A stretch of DNA of 64,000 bases from Rhabdothermincola salaria (GCF_021246445.1 NZ_JAJQXW010000001.1:930001-994000), one strand, 5' to 3'; shown: positions 26,021-37,014, numbered from the stretch's first letter. The notes: generated by a model not told the origin, from the letters alone. Made by a program: numbers and translations.

Positions 26021-28936
26021 GTGACCGACGCCCCACCCCCCACCGGCCTCCGCCTGAGCGACCTCGACGACGCCCGCGCCTTCGTGGACCGCCACGTCGG
26101 GCCCGACGCCGGCGACGTGGCCACCATGCTCGAGCAGCTGGGCCTCGAGTCGCTCGACGCCCTCCTCGACGCCGTGGTGCCCTCGTCGATCCGCGACGAC
26201 GCCCCGTTGCAGCTGCCCCCGGCGCGCTCCGAGCCCGAGGTGACCGCCGCCCTCCGGACCCTGGCCGACGCCAACACCGTGCGCACCTCCCTCATCGGCA
26301 CGGGCTGGTACGCCACCGTGACGCCCCCGGTCATCCGCCGCAACGTGCTCGAGAACCCGGCCTGGTACACCGCCTACACGCCCTACCAGCCCGAGATCAG
26401 CCAGGGCCGCCTCGAGGCGCTGCTCACGTACCAGACCATGGTCTGCGACCTCACCGGCACCGAGCTCACCAATGCGTCGATGCTCGACGAGGCGACCGCC
26501 GCGGCCGAGGGCATGGCGCTCGTGCACCGGGTGAACCCCAAGGCCGGCTCGGTGTTCGTGGTCGACCCCGACACCCACCCCCAGACCGTCTCGGTGGTGC
26601 AGACCCGGGCCGAGCCGCTCGGGCTCGAGGTCGTGGTCGCCGACCCGGCCGCACCGCTGCCCGACGGCACCTTCGGTGTCCTGGTCTCCCACCCGGGCTC
26701 CAGCGGAGAGCTCCGTCCGCTGGAGCCGGTCATCGCCGCGGCCCACGAGGCCGGAGCGCTGGTCGTCGTCGCCACCGACCTGCTGGCCTGCTGTGTGATG
26801 ACCCCGCCCGGAGAGCTGGGGGCCGACGTCGTGGTCGGCTCCTCCCAGCGCTTCGGTGTGCCCATGGGGTTCGGGGGCCCGAGCGCCGGCTTCCTGGCCA
26901 CCCGGGAGTCCTACAAGCGCACCCTGCCCGGCCGGCTGGTGGGGGTGTCGGTCGACGCCGCCGGTCGTCCGGCCTACCGGCTGGCCCTGCAGACCCGTGA
27001 ACAGCACATCCGCCGCGAGAAGGCCACGTCGAACATCTGCACCGCCCAGGTGCTGCTCGCCGTCATGGCCGGGATGTACGCCGTCTGGCACGGCCCCGAG
27101 GGCCTGGCCCGGATCGCCACCCGGGTGCACCGCCTCACCAGCGTCCTGGCCGCCGGCCTCCGGACGGCCGGCGCCGACGTCGTCACCACCGCCTTCTTCG
27201 ACACCCTCACCGTGCGGGTCCCGGGCCGGGCCTCCAGCGTGCTGACGGCCGCCCGGGACCTCGACCTCGAGCTGAGGTCGATCGACGACGACCACGTCGG
27301 GCTCAGCCTCGACGAGACCTCGACCATCGCGACCGTCGAGGCGGTCTGGGCTGCCTTCGGTGTCACCGACGCCCCGGACGTCACGGCCGTCGATGCCGCC
27401 ACCGCCGATGCGCTCCCCACCGAGCAACGCCGTACCAGCGAGTTCTGCACCCACCCGGTCTTCCACACCCATCGCAGCGAGACCGAGATGCTGCGCTACC
27501 TGCGCCGGTTGGCCGACGCCGACCTGGCCCTCGACCGGGCCATGATCCCCCTCGGCTCGTGCACCATGAAGCTCAACGCCACCACCGAGATGGAACCCAT
27601 CTCCTGGCCCGGCTTCGCCGACCTGCACCCCTACGCCCCCGCCACCGACGCCCAGGGCTACCGCACCCTCACCGACGACCTCGAGCGCTGGTTGTGCGAG
27701 GTCACCGGGTACGACGCCGTCTCGCTGCAGCCCAACGCCGGCTCCCAGGGCGAGTTCGCCGGTCTGCTGGCCATCCGGGCCTGGCACCGCAGCCGGGGCG
27801 AGGAGCACCGCGACGTGTGCCTCATCCCCGCCTCGGCCCACGGCACCAACGCCGCCAGCGCCGCCATGGCCGGCATGCGCGTGGCCGTCGTGGCCTGCGA
27901 CACCGACGGCAACGTCGATCTCGACGACCTCCGCACCGTCCTCGCCACCCACGCCGACCGGGTGGCCGCCCTCATGGTCACCTACCCGTCGACCCACGGC
28001 GTGTTCGAGGAGGCCATCGGTGACATCTGCGCAGCCGTCCACGACGCCGGCGGCCAGGTCTACCTCGACGGGGCCAACCTCAACGCCCTGGTCGGCGTGG
28101 CCAAGCCCGGCCGGTTCGGCGCCGACGTGAGCCACCTCAACCTCCACAAGACGTTCTGCATCCCCCACGGCGGCGGCGGTCCCGGCGTGGGGCCGGTGGC
28201 GGTCCGCTCCCACCTGGCGCCGTTCCTGCCGTCACACCCCGTGGTCGCCGCCGCCGGGCCGACCGGAACCGACGGGCACGACGCACCCATCGGCGCGGTG
28301 TCGGCCGCCCCGTGGGGGTCGGCCGGGATCCTGCCCATCCCCTGGGCCTACGTGGCCCTCATGGGTCCCGACGGCCTGCGCCACGCCACTGCGGTGGCCA
28401 TCCTGAGCGCCAACTACGTGGCCCGACGCCTCGGCGAGGCCTACCCCATCCTCTACAGCGGTCGCCACGGCCTGGTGGCCCACGAGTGCATCCTCGACCT
28501 GCGACCCATCACCAAGGCCACCGGCATCACCGTCGACGACGTGGCCAAGCGCCTGATCGACTACGGCTTCCACGCGCCGACCATGTCGTTCCCGGTGGCC
28601 GGCACGTTGATGGTCGAGAGCACCGAGAGCGAGAGCCTGCTCGAGCTCGACCGCTTCTGCGACGCCATGCTCGCCATCCGCGCCGAGATCGAGCAGGTGG
28701 CCTCGGGGGCGTGGCCGGCCGACGACAACCCACTGCTCAACGCCCCGCACCCGGCCGCCGACGTGGCCGACGACGAGTGGACCCACCCCTACCCGCGTCG
28801 CCTGGCGGGATGGCCCGCCGGCGGCACCGCTCGCCTGGGGAAGTACTGGCCGCCGGTGAGCCGGATCGACGGCGCCTACGGAGATCGCAACGTGGTGTGC
28901 TCGTGCCCACCGGTGGAGGCCTTCGCCGACGTCTGA
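26021..28936 (+). CDS. gcvP: Glycine dehydrogenase (decarboxylating), P protein
   Basis: [45 protein letters not shown]. Confidence 0.98.
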   Translation: MTDAPPPTGLRLSDLDDARAFVDRHVGPDAGDVATMLEQLGLESLDALLDAVVPSSIRDDAPLQLPPARSEPEVTAALRTLADANTVRTSLIGTGWYATVTPPVIRRNVLENPAWYTAYTPYQPEISQGRLEALLTYQTMVCDLTGTELTNASMLDEATAAAEGMALVHRVNPKAGSVFVVDPDTHPQTVSVVQTRAEPLGLEVVVADPAAPLPDGTFGVLVSHPGSSGELRPLEPVIAAAHEAGALVVVATDLLACCVMTPPGELGADVVVGSSQRFGVPMGFGGPSAGFLATRESYKRTLPGRLVGVSVDAAGRPAYRLALQTREQHIRREKATSNICTAQVLLAVMAGMYAVWHGPEGLARIATRVHRLTSVLAAGLRTAGADVVTTAFFDTLTVRVPGRASSVLTAARDLDLELRSIDDDHVGLSLDETSTIATVEAVWAAFGVTDAPDVTAVDAATADALPTEQRRTSEFCTHPVFHTHRSETEMLRYLRRLADADLALDRAMIPLGSCTMKLNATTEMEPISWPGFADLHPYAPATDAQGYRTLTDDLERWLCEVTGYDAVSLQPNAGSQGEFAGLLAIRAWHRSRGEEHRDVCLIPASAHGTNAASAAMAGMRVAVVACDTDGNVDLDDLRTVLATHADRVAALMVTYPSTHGVFEEAIGDICAAVHDAGGQVYLDGANLNALVGVAKPGRFGADVSHLNLHKTFCIPHGGGGPGVGPVAVRSHLAPFLPSHPVVAAAGPTGTDGHDAPIGAVSAAPWGSAGILPIPWAYVALMGPDGLRHATAVAILSANYVARRLGEAYPILYSGRHGLVAHECILDLRPITKATGITVDDVAKRLIDYGFHAPTMSFPVAGTLMVESTESESLLELDRFCDAMLAIRAEIEQVASGAWPADDNPLLNAPHPAADVADDEWTHPYPRRLAGWPAGGTARLGKYWPPVSRIDGAYGDRNVVCSCPPVEAFADV

Positions 28937-28966
28937 GCCCGACGGGCGCTCACCCGCGGCGAGGGG

Positions 28967-30076
28967 TCACAGGGCGCTGGCGCCCTTCGAGGCCCGGCTG
29001 TCGACGAACGGCAGCGGGACCACCCGGGCCGCCACGGCAGTGCCACGCACGTCGATCGCCAGCTCGTCGCCCTCCACCGTCTCGGGGGGCAGGAAGGCCA
29101 ACGCGATCCCGTGGCCCAGCACGGGAGAGAAGTTCCCGCTCGTCACGGCCCCGACCGTCTCGCCGCCACGGAGCACCGGCTGCCCCTCGCGGGGCGGGCG
29201 CCGACCCTCGGTGGCCAGGCCCCGGAGCCGGCGGCCCGGTCCGGCGTCGCGTTCGACCTCGAGCGGATCGCGTCCCCGGAACGGCCCCTTCTCCCAGGCC
29301 ACGACCCACCCGAGGTTGGCCTGCAGGGGGGTGATGCCCGGGCCCAGCTCGTGACCGTGCAGGGGCAGGCCGGCCTCCAGGCGCAACGTGTCGCGCGCGC
29401 CGAGGCCCGCCGGCTCGATGCCGGCAGCCACGAGGGCGTCGAACAGGCCCCCGGCATCGAGGGCCGGGACGGCGATCTCGAGGCCGTCCTCGCCGGTGTA
29501 GCCGGTGCCCGCCACGGTCAGATCGATCCCCTCCCACTCGACGGAGGCGACCGCGAAGCGCCGGACGCGAGCGGCGGCGGGCACGACCTGCGCCAGACGC
29601 TCGCGCGCCTTGGGGCCCTGGACGGCCAACACGGCGCGCTCGGCGGTGACGTCGGTCGCCGTCACCTCAGCACCCAGGGCGGCAGCCTCCTCGGCCAGCG
29701 CCCGCGTGACCCCCTCGGTGTTCGAGGCGTTGGGCATCACGTCGAAGGTCTCCGGCCCCACCCAGAACACGATGATGTCGTCGACGACGGACGCGTCGTG
29801 GGCGTCGAGCAGGTGGGTGTACTGCGCCCGCCCCGGATCGATGCGGGTGAGGTCGTTGGTCAGAGCCCGCTGCAGGGTGAGGAGGGCACCGGGGCCGGCC
29901 ACCCGCACCGTGCCGAGGTGGGACACGTCGAACACGACGGCCCCGTGCCGGCACGCCCGGTGCTCGGCCAGGGTGCCCTCCGGGTAGGACAGCGGCATCT
30001 CCCAGCCCCCGAAGGGCACCATCTTGGCGTCGAGGGCACGGTGGGTGGCGTCGAGGGGCGAGCGGCGATCGGTCAC
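28967..30076 (-). CDS. gcvT: Glycine cleavage aminomethyltransferase T
   Basis: PFGGWEMP, FDVSHLG, TGYTGEDG, GLGARDTLRLEAG. Confidence 0.96.
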   Translation of the reverse strand: MTDRRSPLDATHRALDAKMVPFGGWEMPLSYPEGTLAEHRACRHGAVVFDVSHLGTVRVAGPGALLTLQRALTNDLTRIDPGRAQYTHLLDAHDASVVDDIIVFWVGPETFDVMPNASNTEGVTRALAEEAAALGAEVTATDVTAERAVLAVQGPKARERLAQVVPAAARVRRFAVASVEWEGIDLTVAGTGYTGEDGLEIAVPALDAGGLFDALVAAGIEPAGLGARDTLRLEAGLPLHGHELGPGITPLQANLGWVVAWEKGPFRGRDPLEVERDAGPGRRLRGLATEGRRPPREGQPVLRGGETVGAVTSGNFSPVLGHGIALAFLPPETVEGDELAIDVRGTAVAARVVPLPFVDSRASKGASAL

Positions 30077-30161
30077 CCGTCGACCCTACCCCTGGGCTCG
30101 CTCCCGCTCCCGCTCCCGCTCCCCCGCCCGGCCCGAGGCCACCCACCCCGGGCCGACATCC

Positions 30162-30920
30162 TCATTGCGGAGGCGGGGCCAGCGGGCCGCGGGCGGTGAG
30201 TCGTTCCACCCACGTGGAGGCCACCTCGACCTCTCCCCCGTCGCCGCCCCAGCCCACCAGGAGACCCTCGGCGAGCGAGCGGGCGAGCGGCGCGGCGCGG
30301 AACAGGTGGCGGTCGAGGGGTGCCAGCCGATCGAGGCGGAGCACCCCGAGCAGCGACGCGTGCCAGACGAGGGCACGCGCCACGGGGTCGCCGGGCTGGA
30401 GGCTCTGGTGGTCGACGGCGTCACCCAGACGCCCGACCACCGGGTCGAGGACTCGGTGGACCACGGGCAGCAGCTCGCCGGCGAGGGCCCGCTCGAGCGG
30501 CGGGGCGGTCGGAGGCGCCTCGCCGAGCAGCTCGCGGACGAGGGCGACCTCGTCGGGGTAGACGACGGCGGCGGCGGCCAGGAAGCCGGCGTGGGCGAGG
30601 AGCTCCACGAGAGGACGGGTGCTGTCCTCGACGTCCTCGGTGGCGAGGTCCTCGTCCCACCGGGCCCGACCGGCCCGGTACGAGTGCTCGAGCGTCGCCA
30701 CCGCTTCGGCCTGGAGCCCGGCCAGCAGGGCCGCCTTGGAGGCGAAGGCGGTGTAGAGGGTGCCGACGGCGCAGTCGAGCTGGTCGGCGACGGCCTGCAT
30801 CGTGACCCCGGCCAGGCCCTCGCGGTCGATGACCGCGCCGGCCGCAGCCAGGATCCGCTGCCGCTTCAGCTCCCGGGTGCGCTCACGCCGGTCGTCGGGG
30901 ACGACCTTCAGATGAACCAT
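30162..30920 (-). CDS. TetR/AcrR family regulator
   Basis: ILAAA...GVTMQAVADQLDCAVGTLYTAFASK HTH; start approximate. Confidence 0.88.
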   Translation of the reverse strand: MVHLKVVPDDRRERTRELKRQRILAAAGAVIDREGLAGVTMQAVADQLDCAVGTLYTAFASKAALLAGLQAEAVATLEHSYRAGRARWDEDLATEDVEDSTRPLVELLAHAGFLAAAAVVYPDEVALVRELLGEAPPTAPPLERALAGELLPVVHRVLDPVVGRLGDAVDHQSLQPGDPVARALVWHASLLGVLRLDRLAPLDRHLFRAAPLARSLAEGLLVGWGGDGGEVEVASTWVERLTARGPLAPPPQ

Positions 30921-30946
30921 GTTCACAGTATGAACGTGGTTCATCT
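30910..30946. promoter_or_regulatory. Probable TetR operator, double palindrome
   Basis: AGATGAACCATGTTCA-CAGTA-TGAACGTGGTTCATCT, 16-bp arms with one mismatch, overlapping the tetR start. Confidence 0.75.
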
Positions 30947-31123
30947 CACCGGCGCGGATGGTTCCCCCCGAACGGGGTCACGCCCCGTCGTCCGTCCGCC
31001 GGGCCAGCGGTCGTCATCTGGCCTCTGGGCCGAGACCGACGGACCGGTGCACCCGTCGGCCGGAACCGGCGGCGCTCGTCGCCCCCCCCGACGCCCCTCC
31101 CCTCCCCCGCGTGTCACGCGGCA

Positions 31124-31149
31124 CCGCCGATCCCGGACGGGATCGGCGG
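31124..31149. terminator. Hairpin downstream of the MerR gene
   Basis: CCGCCGATCCC-GGAC-GGGATCGGCGG, 11-bp stem. Confidence 0.55.
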
Positions 31150-31197
31150 ATCAGCGAGCGAGGGGCGGCGCGGGGCGGCGACGGAGGGGTGGGGCGA

Positions 31198-31668
31198 TCA
31201 GGACCCGGCGGCCAGCGACGTGACGGTGGCCCCGGCCGATGTGGTGGGGTGCAGCTCGTGGATGCGGGCATCGACCTCGTCGCGCACGCCGCCCAGGGCG
31301 AGGATGTTGAGCACGCCCTGGCCCTTCTTCACCAGGTCGATGAGCTCGCCGTCGTCCTGGATCACCACCGAGGAGCTGCCCTGGATCACCAGGTTGGCGG
31401 TGGTGATGTCGGCACCGAGGTGGTCGCGCAGGTAGCCGAAGACGTCGCGGACGTTCTCGAGCTTGATCCCGGCGTCGAGGAGGCTCTTGACGACCTTCAA
31501 CTCGAGCAGGTCGGTGTAGCTGTAGCGGCGGCGGCTGCCGCTCCCGGCGGCGTCGACGAGCGAGGGCCTCACCAGGTCGGTGCGGGCCCAGTAGTCGAGC
31601 TGGCGATAGCTGATCCCCACGATCTCTGCGGCCTTGGCGCCGCTGAAGCCCTCGTCCTTGGTGCTCAT
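31198..31668 (-). CDS. MerR-family regulator (Rv1830-like)
   Basis: GISYRQLDYWART...GSGSRRRYS...LKVVKSLLDAG, GQGVL. Confidence 0.92.
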   Translation of the reverse strand: MSTKDEGFSGAKAAEIVGISYRQLDYWARTDLVRPSLVDAAGSGSRRRYSYTDLLELKVVKSLLDAGIKLENVRDVFGYLRDHLGADITTANLVIQGSSSVVIQDDGELIDLVKKGQGVLNILALGGVRDEVDARIHELHPTTSAGATVTSLAAGS

Positions 31669-31862
31669 CGTTGCTCCTCGAGGGCCCGTGCCCGGTGGGT
31701 GATCACGCTCACGTGGAGGGTGACAGGGCCTCTGGCTCCACCTGAGGTCGTCATGACAGCGGTGAAACTACGCCCGTGAGAGCTGGAGGGTACGACGTGC
31801 GGGACGCCCGGTCAACGATCGCCGCCGTTCGGCCACGGAAGGGCCGGGCCCGGAGGGACCGC

Positions 31863-32360
31863 TCAGGAGGCGAAGTCGTCCGGGTTCACCGAGTCGATGA
31901 ACTCCCGGAACTGCTCCACGACGTCCTCGCCCCCGGCCTCGTCGCCGTCCTCGTCGACCTCTTCGGGCAACCCGGCCTCGTCGAGGAGCTCCTCGGTGGC
32001 GAAGATGGGGCACTCCACCCGCAGGGCCAACGCCATGGCGTCGGAGGGACGGCTCGACACCTGCACCCGGCGATCGCCGGTCTGGAGGTGGAGGTCGGCG
32101 TAGAAGGTGCCCTCCTCGAGGTGGGTGATCACCACCCGCTCGACCACGGCCCCGAGCTCGGCGACGACGTCGCGCATCAGGTCGTGGGTCATGGGGCGCT
32201 GGGTCACCACGCCGTCGAGGGCGAAGGCGATGGCGGCCGCTTCGGGTTGGCCGATGAAGATCGGCAGCAGCCGGTGCTCGCCCTCGCGCTCACGCAGCAC
32301 GACGACGGGGATGTTGCCGGGCAACTCGATGCGAACGGCGACCAACTCCATCTCGACCAT
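31863..32360 (-). CDS. Bifunctional nuclease family protein (DUF151, Rv1829-like)
   Basis: LPIFIG, RPMTHDL, SRPSDA, FREFIDSVNPDDF. Confidence 0.92.
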   Translation of the reverse strand: MVEMELVAVRIELPGNIPVVVLREREGEHRLLPIFIGQPEAAAIAFALDGVVTQRPMTHDLMRDVVAELGAVVERVVITHLEEGTFYADLHLQTGDRRVQVSSRPSDAMALALRVECPIFATEELLDEAGLPEEVDEDGDEAGGEDVVEQFREFIDSVNPDDFAS

Positions 32361-32453
32361 CCTTCGCACCCTACCGGGCCGGGGCGGCACCGGGACCGCC
32401 CAATCCGGTCCGATGCGCGGGCCGGGGTGGTGGGTCGGTCGGGTCGAGGGCCC

Positions 32454-33599
32454 TCAGGCGCGCCCGAGGTACTCGCGCAGCGCGGCGCGCACCATGGCCG
32501 CCCGGAGATCGTCGGCCAGCTCGGCGAGGTCCTCGAGCATCTCGACCGCCTCCTGCCGGGCCGCCGGTCGACGTTGCTTGAGCAACGGGGTGATGAGCTG
32601 CTCGAACAACCCGGCCTCGCGCTCGGCGGCCACCTTGTACATGCGCAGGTGGCGGGGCTCGATGCCGTAGCGGCCGAAGCTGACGGCCAGGCGGGCCACG
32701 ATGAGCGCGTCCTCGTCGTAGTAGTCGACCGAGCCCATGGTGCGGGCCCCGAGCAGCCCGTAGCGCTCCAGCTCCCCCAGTTGCCTGGGGGTGAGACCGG
32801 TGGCCGCGCACAGGTCGTCGAGCGACAGCGTCACCGACGCGTCGTCGGCCAGGCGGATCGGGGCGTCGTCGTCGGAGTCGTCGGGCTCGGCGGGCGGCAC
32901 CTCGTCGCCCGGCGTGTGCCCGGTGGGGTGACGACGTCGACCCCGGCGGGCCCGCTCGGCAGGGGTCGAGGCGCTCTCGGGGGCCTCGACCAGGCGGGCG
33001 ACGGCCCGGGCCCGGTCGTGGTCGTCGGGCTCGGCGTCATCGCTGGCGTCGCCGAGCGCCGGGTGCCCGGTCGGCTCGTCGTCGATCACCACACCGGCCC
33101 GACGCAGCAACGTGAGGGGGGCTCGGGCGGGTTCGGGTGCATCGGCCGTGGACCCGGGCCCCTCGTCGGCGGAGGGCTCCGGTGGTTCGTCGACGGTGGC
33201 GGGCACCACCTGGGCCTCTGCGGGCTCGGTGACCTCGGTGACCTCGGAGGACTCCGGGGCCGATGCCTGGTCACCCACGGGCGGTGAGCCGGGTGCGGGG
33301 GCGCCGTCCGCGGCCAGGGGCAGGACGCCCTCCGGCGACCCGTCACCGAGGTCGCCGGCCGCCAGACGGTCCTTGATGACCTTGAGGGGCAGGAAGTGGT
33401 CGCGCTGCTGGGTCAGGATCCAACGCAGCCGGTCGATGTCGGTGTCGTGGAACTTGCGGTAGCCCGACGGGGTGCGCTCGGGGTCGAGCAGGCCCTGGCT
33501 CTCGAGGAAGCGGATCTTGGAGATGGTGATGTCGGGGAAGTCCGGCTGCAGCAGCGTCAGGACCTCACCGATCGAGAGGTGGGTGCGGTCGGCGCCCAT
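32454..33599 (-). CDS. Two-HTH MerR regulator (Rv1828/FtsR-like) with a long linker
   Basis: SIGEVL...ISKIRFLESQGL.PERTPSGYRKF and GIEPRHLR. Confidence 0.88.
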   Translation of the reverse strand: MGADRTHLSIGEVLTLLQPDFPDITISKIRFLESQGLLDPERTPSGYRKFHDTDIDRLRWILTQQRDHFLPLKVIKDRLAAGDLGDGSPEGVLPLAADGAPAPGSPPVGDQASAPESSEVTEVTEPAEAQVVPATVDEPPEPSADEGPGSTADAPEPARAPLTLLRRAGVVIDDEPTGHPALGDASDDAEPDDHDRARAVARLVEAPESASTPAERARRGRRRHPTGHTPGDEVPPAEPDDSDDDAPIRLADDASVTLSLDDLCAATGLTPRQLGELERYGLLGARTMGSVDYYDEDALIVARLAVSFGRYGIEPRHLRMYKVAAEREAGLFEQLITPLLKQRRPAARQEAVEMLEDLAELADDLRAAMVRAALREYLGRA

Positions 33600-34090
33600 C
33601 ACTCCTCGCCGGCACCCTGGAAGAACACCAGCTTGAACTTGCCGATCTGCACCTCGTCGCCGTTGGCCAGCGGTGCCTCCTCGATGCGCTCCCGGTTGAG
33701 GTAGGTGCCGTTGAGCGAGCCGGTGTCGCAGACCATGTAGTGGTCGTCGTCGTCGCGCCGGAACTCGGCGTGGCGACGCGAGACGGTGATGTCGTCGAGG
33801 AAGATGTTGCTGTCGGGGTGCCGGCCGGCCGTCGTGCAGGCGGTCTCGAGGGCGTAGCGGCTCCCTGCCTTCGGCCCCCGCTTGACGACCAGCACGCCGG
33901 TGTCGCGGGGGACCTCCTCGAGGTCGAGCGCGACGTCGTCTTCGACCGGGTCGGCGGGGGCCGACGGGTGGAAGGTGATCGTGGTGTTCTCCGGTGCGAC
34001 GGTCTCGAGGATCGCGCCACACGACGAGCAGAAGTTCGACCCGAGTGGGTTGCGGTGCCCGCAGTTGTTGCAGAAGACCTCGCTCACCAC
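33599..34090 (-). CDS. Zinc-ribbon FHA domain protein (GarA/OdhI-like)
   Basis: CNNC/CSSC, ENTT, GRHPDSNIFLDDITVSRRH, GSLNGTY, QIGKFKL. Confidence 0.9.
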   Translation of the reverse strand: MVSEVFCNNCGHRNPLGSNFCSSCGAILETVAPENTTITFHPSAPADPVEDDVALDLEEVPRDTGVLVVKRGPKAGSRYALETACTTAGRHPDSNIFLDDITVSRRHAEFRRDDDDHYMVCDTGSLNGTYLNRERIEEAPLANGDEVQIGKFKLVFFQGAGEE

Positions 34091-34091
34091 G

Positions 34092-34472
34092 TCACCCCTC
34101 GATCAACCGCCGGTACGCGTCGCCGTCGAGCAGGCCGTCGAGCTGCTCGGGGTCGCTCACCTCGATGACGCAGATCCACCCGTCGCCGTAGGGGTCGTCG
34201 TTGAGCCGCTCGGGCGCATCGTCGAGGCCCTGGTTGACCTCGACCACGACTCCGGCCACAGGGGCGTAGATGTCCGACACGGACTTGGTGGACTCGACCT
34301 CGCTGACCTTGGCGGCCGCGTCCACCGTGGCCCCCTGCTCGGGCACCTCGACGTACACGACATCGCCGAGCGCGTCCTGGGCGTAGTCGGTGATGCCGAC
34401 GCGGACACGGTCGCCCTCCACTCGAACCCACTCGTGGTCGGTGGAGTAGCGCAGGTCCTCCGGGATCAACAT
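34092..34472 (-). CDS. gcvH: Glycine cleavage H protein
   Basis: DHEWV, GITDYAQDALGD, VESTKSVSD (lipoyl-Lys), DPYGDGW. Confidence 0.97.
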   Translation of the reverse strand: MLIPEDLRYSTDHEWVRVEGDRVRVGITDYAQDALGDVVYVEVPEQGATVDAAAKVSEVESTKSVSDIYAPVAGVVVEVNQGLDDAPERLNDDPYGDGWICVIEVSDPEQLDGLLDGDAYRRLIEG

Positions 34473-34527
34473 GGCCGCACGCTACCCGATCCGCCGAACC
34501 CTCGACACGAGGATGAGACTTGCCGCC

Positions 34528-37014
34528 TCACCGCACCATCTGGCGGATCCGACGGGCGTACTCCTCGGCCAGGCGACGGGCGGAGTCCGCCGAGGAGCCT
34601 TCGGCCCAGATGTGGGTGACCGGCTCCTCGGGGTCGGGCAGGGCGAGGGCCCACCCGCCGTCGTGGAGCACCTTGACGCCGTCGACGAGCACGAGGTCGC
34701 GGTCCTTGCTCTGCTCCATGAGCGTGCGCATCACCGCCCCCTTCTGATCCCACGGGGTGACCACGGTGTCGTGGACCACGTGCACGCGAGGGAGCCCGGC
34801 CACCACGTCGGACAGCTTCCGTTCGTGGAAGGCCATCAGGTCGAGGACCTTCACGAGGGTCGCGGCCGCGTCGAACCCCGGCATGAAGCCGGGGAGGATG
34901 AAGTTGCCGGACTGGTTGCCCGCGAAGCCCACCCCGGCCTCGGTGGCGGCGTCCATGAGGGCCGGGTTGGAGAGCTTGGTCCAGCGGATCTTGATGCCGT
35001 GCTCCTCGAGGATGCGCACCGCGGCCTGCGAGGTGTTCACCGGCAGGGCCACCCGGTCGCCGAAGAGCGTGCCGGGCAGCAGCGTCAGCAACGAGAGCAG
35101 GCTCTCGGAATGGGTGAGGACGTGGCCCTCGTCGTCGACCAGGCGCAGCTGCTCGCCATCGGGGTCGATCACCGCGCCGAGCTGGCTGCCGGAGCTGCGG
35201 ACCAGGTCGGCGACGGCGGTGGCGTGCCCGTCGAGGTCGTCGCGCAGCACTCCGGCGGTGGAGATGAACGGGTTGACGGCGAGCACCTCGAGGCCGAGCT
35301 TCGACAGCACGTTGGGCATGGCGAAGGACGCCGAGCCGTAGGCGTAGTCGATCACGACCTTGGAGCGGGCGGCTCGGATGCGGCTCATGTCGACGGTGGC
35401 ACCGAGGGCGTCGGCGTAGTGCTCGAGGGCCCGGGAGGCGAAGCCGATGTCGCCGATCTCGCCCGGGAAGACCCGGCGGAAGTCCTGGCGGGCGTAGAGG
35501 CGTTCGATCTTGCGTTGCACGTCCTCGGTGATGTCGAGCCCGTCCTCGTCGAAGAAGCGCACCGCCACGGATTGCGGGTCGCCCTTCACCAGGCGCACGG
35601 TGAGGCCACCGCGGATGTTCGGACGGCGCATCACGAAGCGGGTCACCGGGACCGACGCCACCTCGAGGTCCTCGACGTTGATCCCCACGCTGTTGAGTCC
35701 GGCCATCAGCGCCCGCTTGAGCATGCGGGACGAGCGGCTGGAGTCACGGGAGGTGACGACGGTGGTGCCCTTCTTGAGCAGACCGCCGTAGGCCATGGCC
35801 ACCCGCACCGCGAACTCGGGGGTGATGTCGACGTTGGCCAACCCCGACGCGCCGATCCGGCCGAACAGGCTGCGGGCGCCACGCGACTCCCACACGATCG
35901 ACTCGTTGACGACGGCGCCGGGCTCGACGGTCTTGAAGGCGTAGACCTTCACCCCCGAGCCCAGGCTGGCTTCCTCGCCGAGGAAGCACTCGTCGCCGAT
36001 GACCACGCCCTCCTCGGTGCGCACCCCCTTGCGCAGGTCGCACGAGCGACCCACCACGGTGCCCCGCAGGCGCACGGCCTCGCCGAGGTAGGCGTTGTCG
36101 TTCACGACCGTGCGCTCGAGGAAGGCGTCGTTGCGCACGCGGACGTTGGCGCCGAGCACCGAGTACTCCCCGATCACGGCGCCGGCCTCGATGCGGCAGT
36201 TCTCCCCGATCACGGCGGGCCCGGCGATGGTGGCATCGGGGTTCACCTCGGCGTTCTCCGCCAGCCAGACGCCCGGACGTATCTCGAACCCGGGGATCTC
36301 CACCTCCACCTTGCGGTCGAGGATGTCCTTGTGGGCCCGCACGTAGGCCTCGAGCGTGCCCACGTCCTCCCAGTACCCCTCGGTGATGGCACCGAAGAGT
36401 GGCTTGCCCTCGGCGAGGAGCTTCGGGAACACCTCGCTGGAGAAGTCGACCGAGCGATCGGGCTCGATGTAGTCGAAGATCTCCGGTTCGAGCACGAACA
36501 TGCCCGTGTTGATGGTGTCGCTGAAGACCTGCCCCCACGTGGGCTTCTCGAGGAACCGCTCGATGCTGCCGTCCTCACGGGTGATCACGATGCCGAACTC
36601 GAGCGGGTTGTCGACGTGGGCCAGTCCGATGGTGGCCATCGCCTGGTTCGCCTCGTGGACGTCGATGATGGCGGAGAGGTCCACATCGGTGAGCACGTCG
36701 CCGGAGATCACCAGGAAGCGCTCGGTGAGGTGCTCCATGGCGTTGCGCACCGAGCCGGCGGTCCCGAGGGGGGTCTCCTCGGTGGCGTAGGCGATCTTCA
36801 CGCCGAAGTCGGAGCCGTCGCCGAAGTAGTCGCGGATGGCGTTGGCCATGAAGGCCACCGTCACCACGATCTCGTCGATGCCGTGGCGCTTGAGCAGGTC
36901 GATGACGTGCTCCATCATCGGCCGGTTGACCAGGGGCAGGAGCGGCTTCGGAGCGTTGGAGGTGAGGGGCCGGAGCCGGGTTCCCTCGCCACCCGCCATG
37001 ATGACCGCCTTCAT
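34528..37014 (-). CDS. Mannose-1-phosphate guanylyltransferase fused to hexapeptide repeats and a phosphomannomutase-like domain
   Basis: [18 protein letters not shown]...PKP, FLEKP, YWEDVG, LFG plus a PGM/PMM-like C-terminal half. Confidence 0.9.
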   Translation of the reverse strand: MKAVIMAGGEGTRLRPLTSNAPKPLLPLVNRPMMEHVIDLLKRHGIDEIVVTVAFMANAIRDYFGDGSDFGVKIAYATEETPLGTAGSVRNAMEHLTERFLVISGDVLTDVDLSAIIDVHEANQAMATIGLAHVDNPLEFGIVITREDGSIERFLEKPTWGQVFSDTINTGMFVLEPEIFDYIEPDRSVDFSSEVFPKLLAEGKPLFGAITEGYWEDVGTLEAYVRAHKDILDRKVEVEIPGFEIRPGVWLAENAEVNPDATIAGPAVIGENCRIEAGAVIGEYSVLGANVRVRNDAFLERTVVNDNAYLGEAVRLRGTVVGRSCDLRKGVRTEEGVVIGDECFLGEEASLGSGVKVYAFKTVEPGAVVNESIVWESRGARSLFGRIGASGLANVDITPEFAVRVAMAYGGLLKKGTTVVTSRDSSRSSRMLKRALMAGLNSVGINVEDLEVASVPVTRFVMRRPNIRGGLTVRLVKGDPQSVAVRFFDEDGLDITEDVQRKIERLYARQDFRRVFPGEIGDIGFASRALEHYADALGATVDMSRIRAARSKVVIDYAYGSASFAMPNVLSKLGLEVLAVNPFISTAGVLRDDLDGHATAVADLVRSSGSQLGAVIDPDGEQLRLVDDEGHVLTHSESLLSLLTLLPGTLFGDRVALPVNTSQAAVRILEEHGIKIRWTKLSNPALMDAATEAGVGFAGNQSGNFILPGFMPGFDAAATLVKVLDLMAFHERKLSDVVAGLPRVHVVHDTVVTPWDQKGAVMRTLMEQSKDRDLVLVDGVKVLHDGGWALALPDPEEPVTHIWAEGSSADSARRLAEEYARRIRQMVR

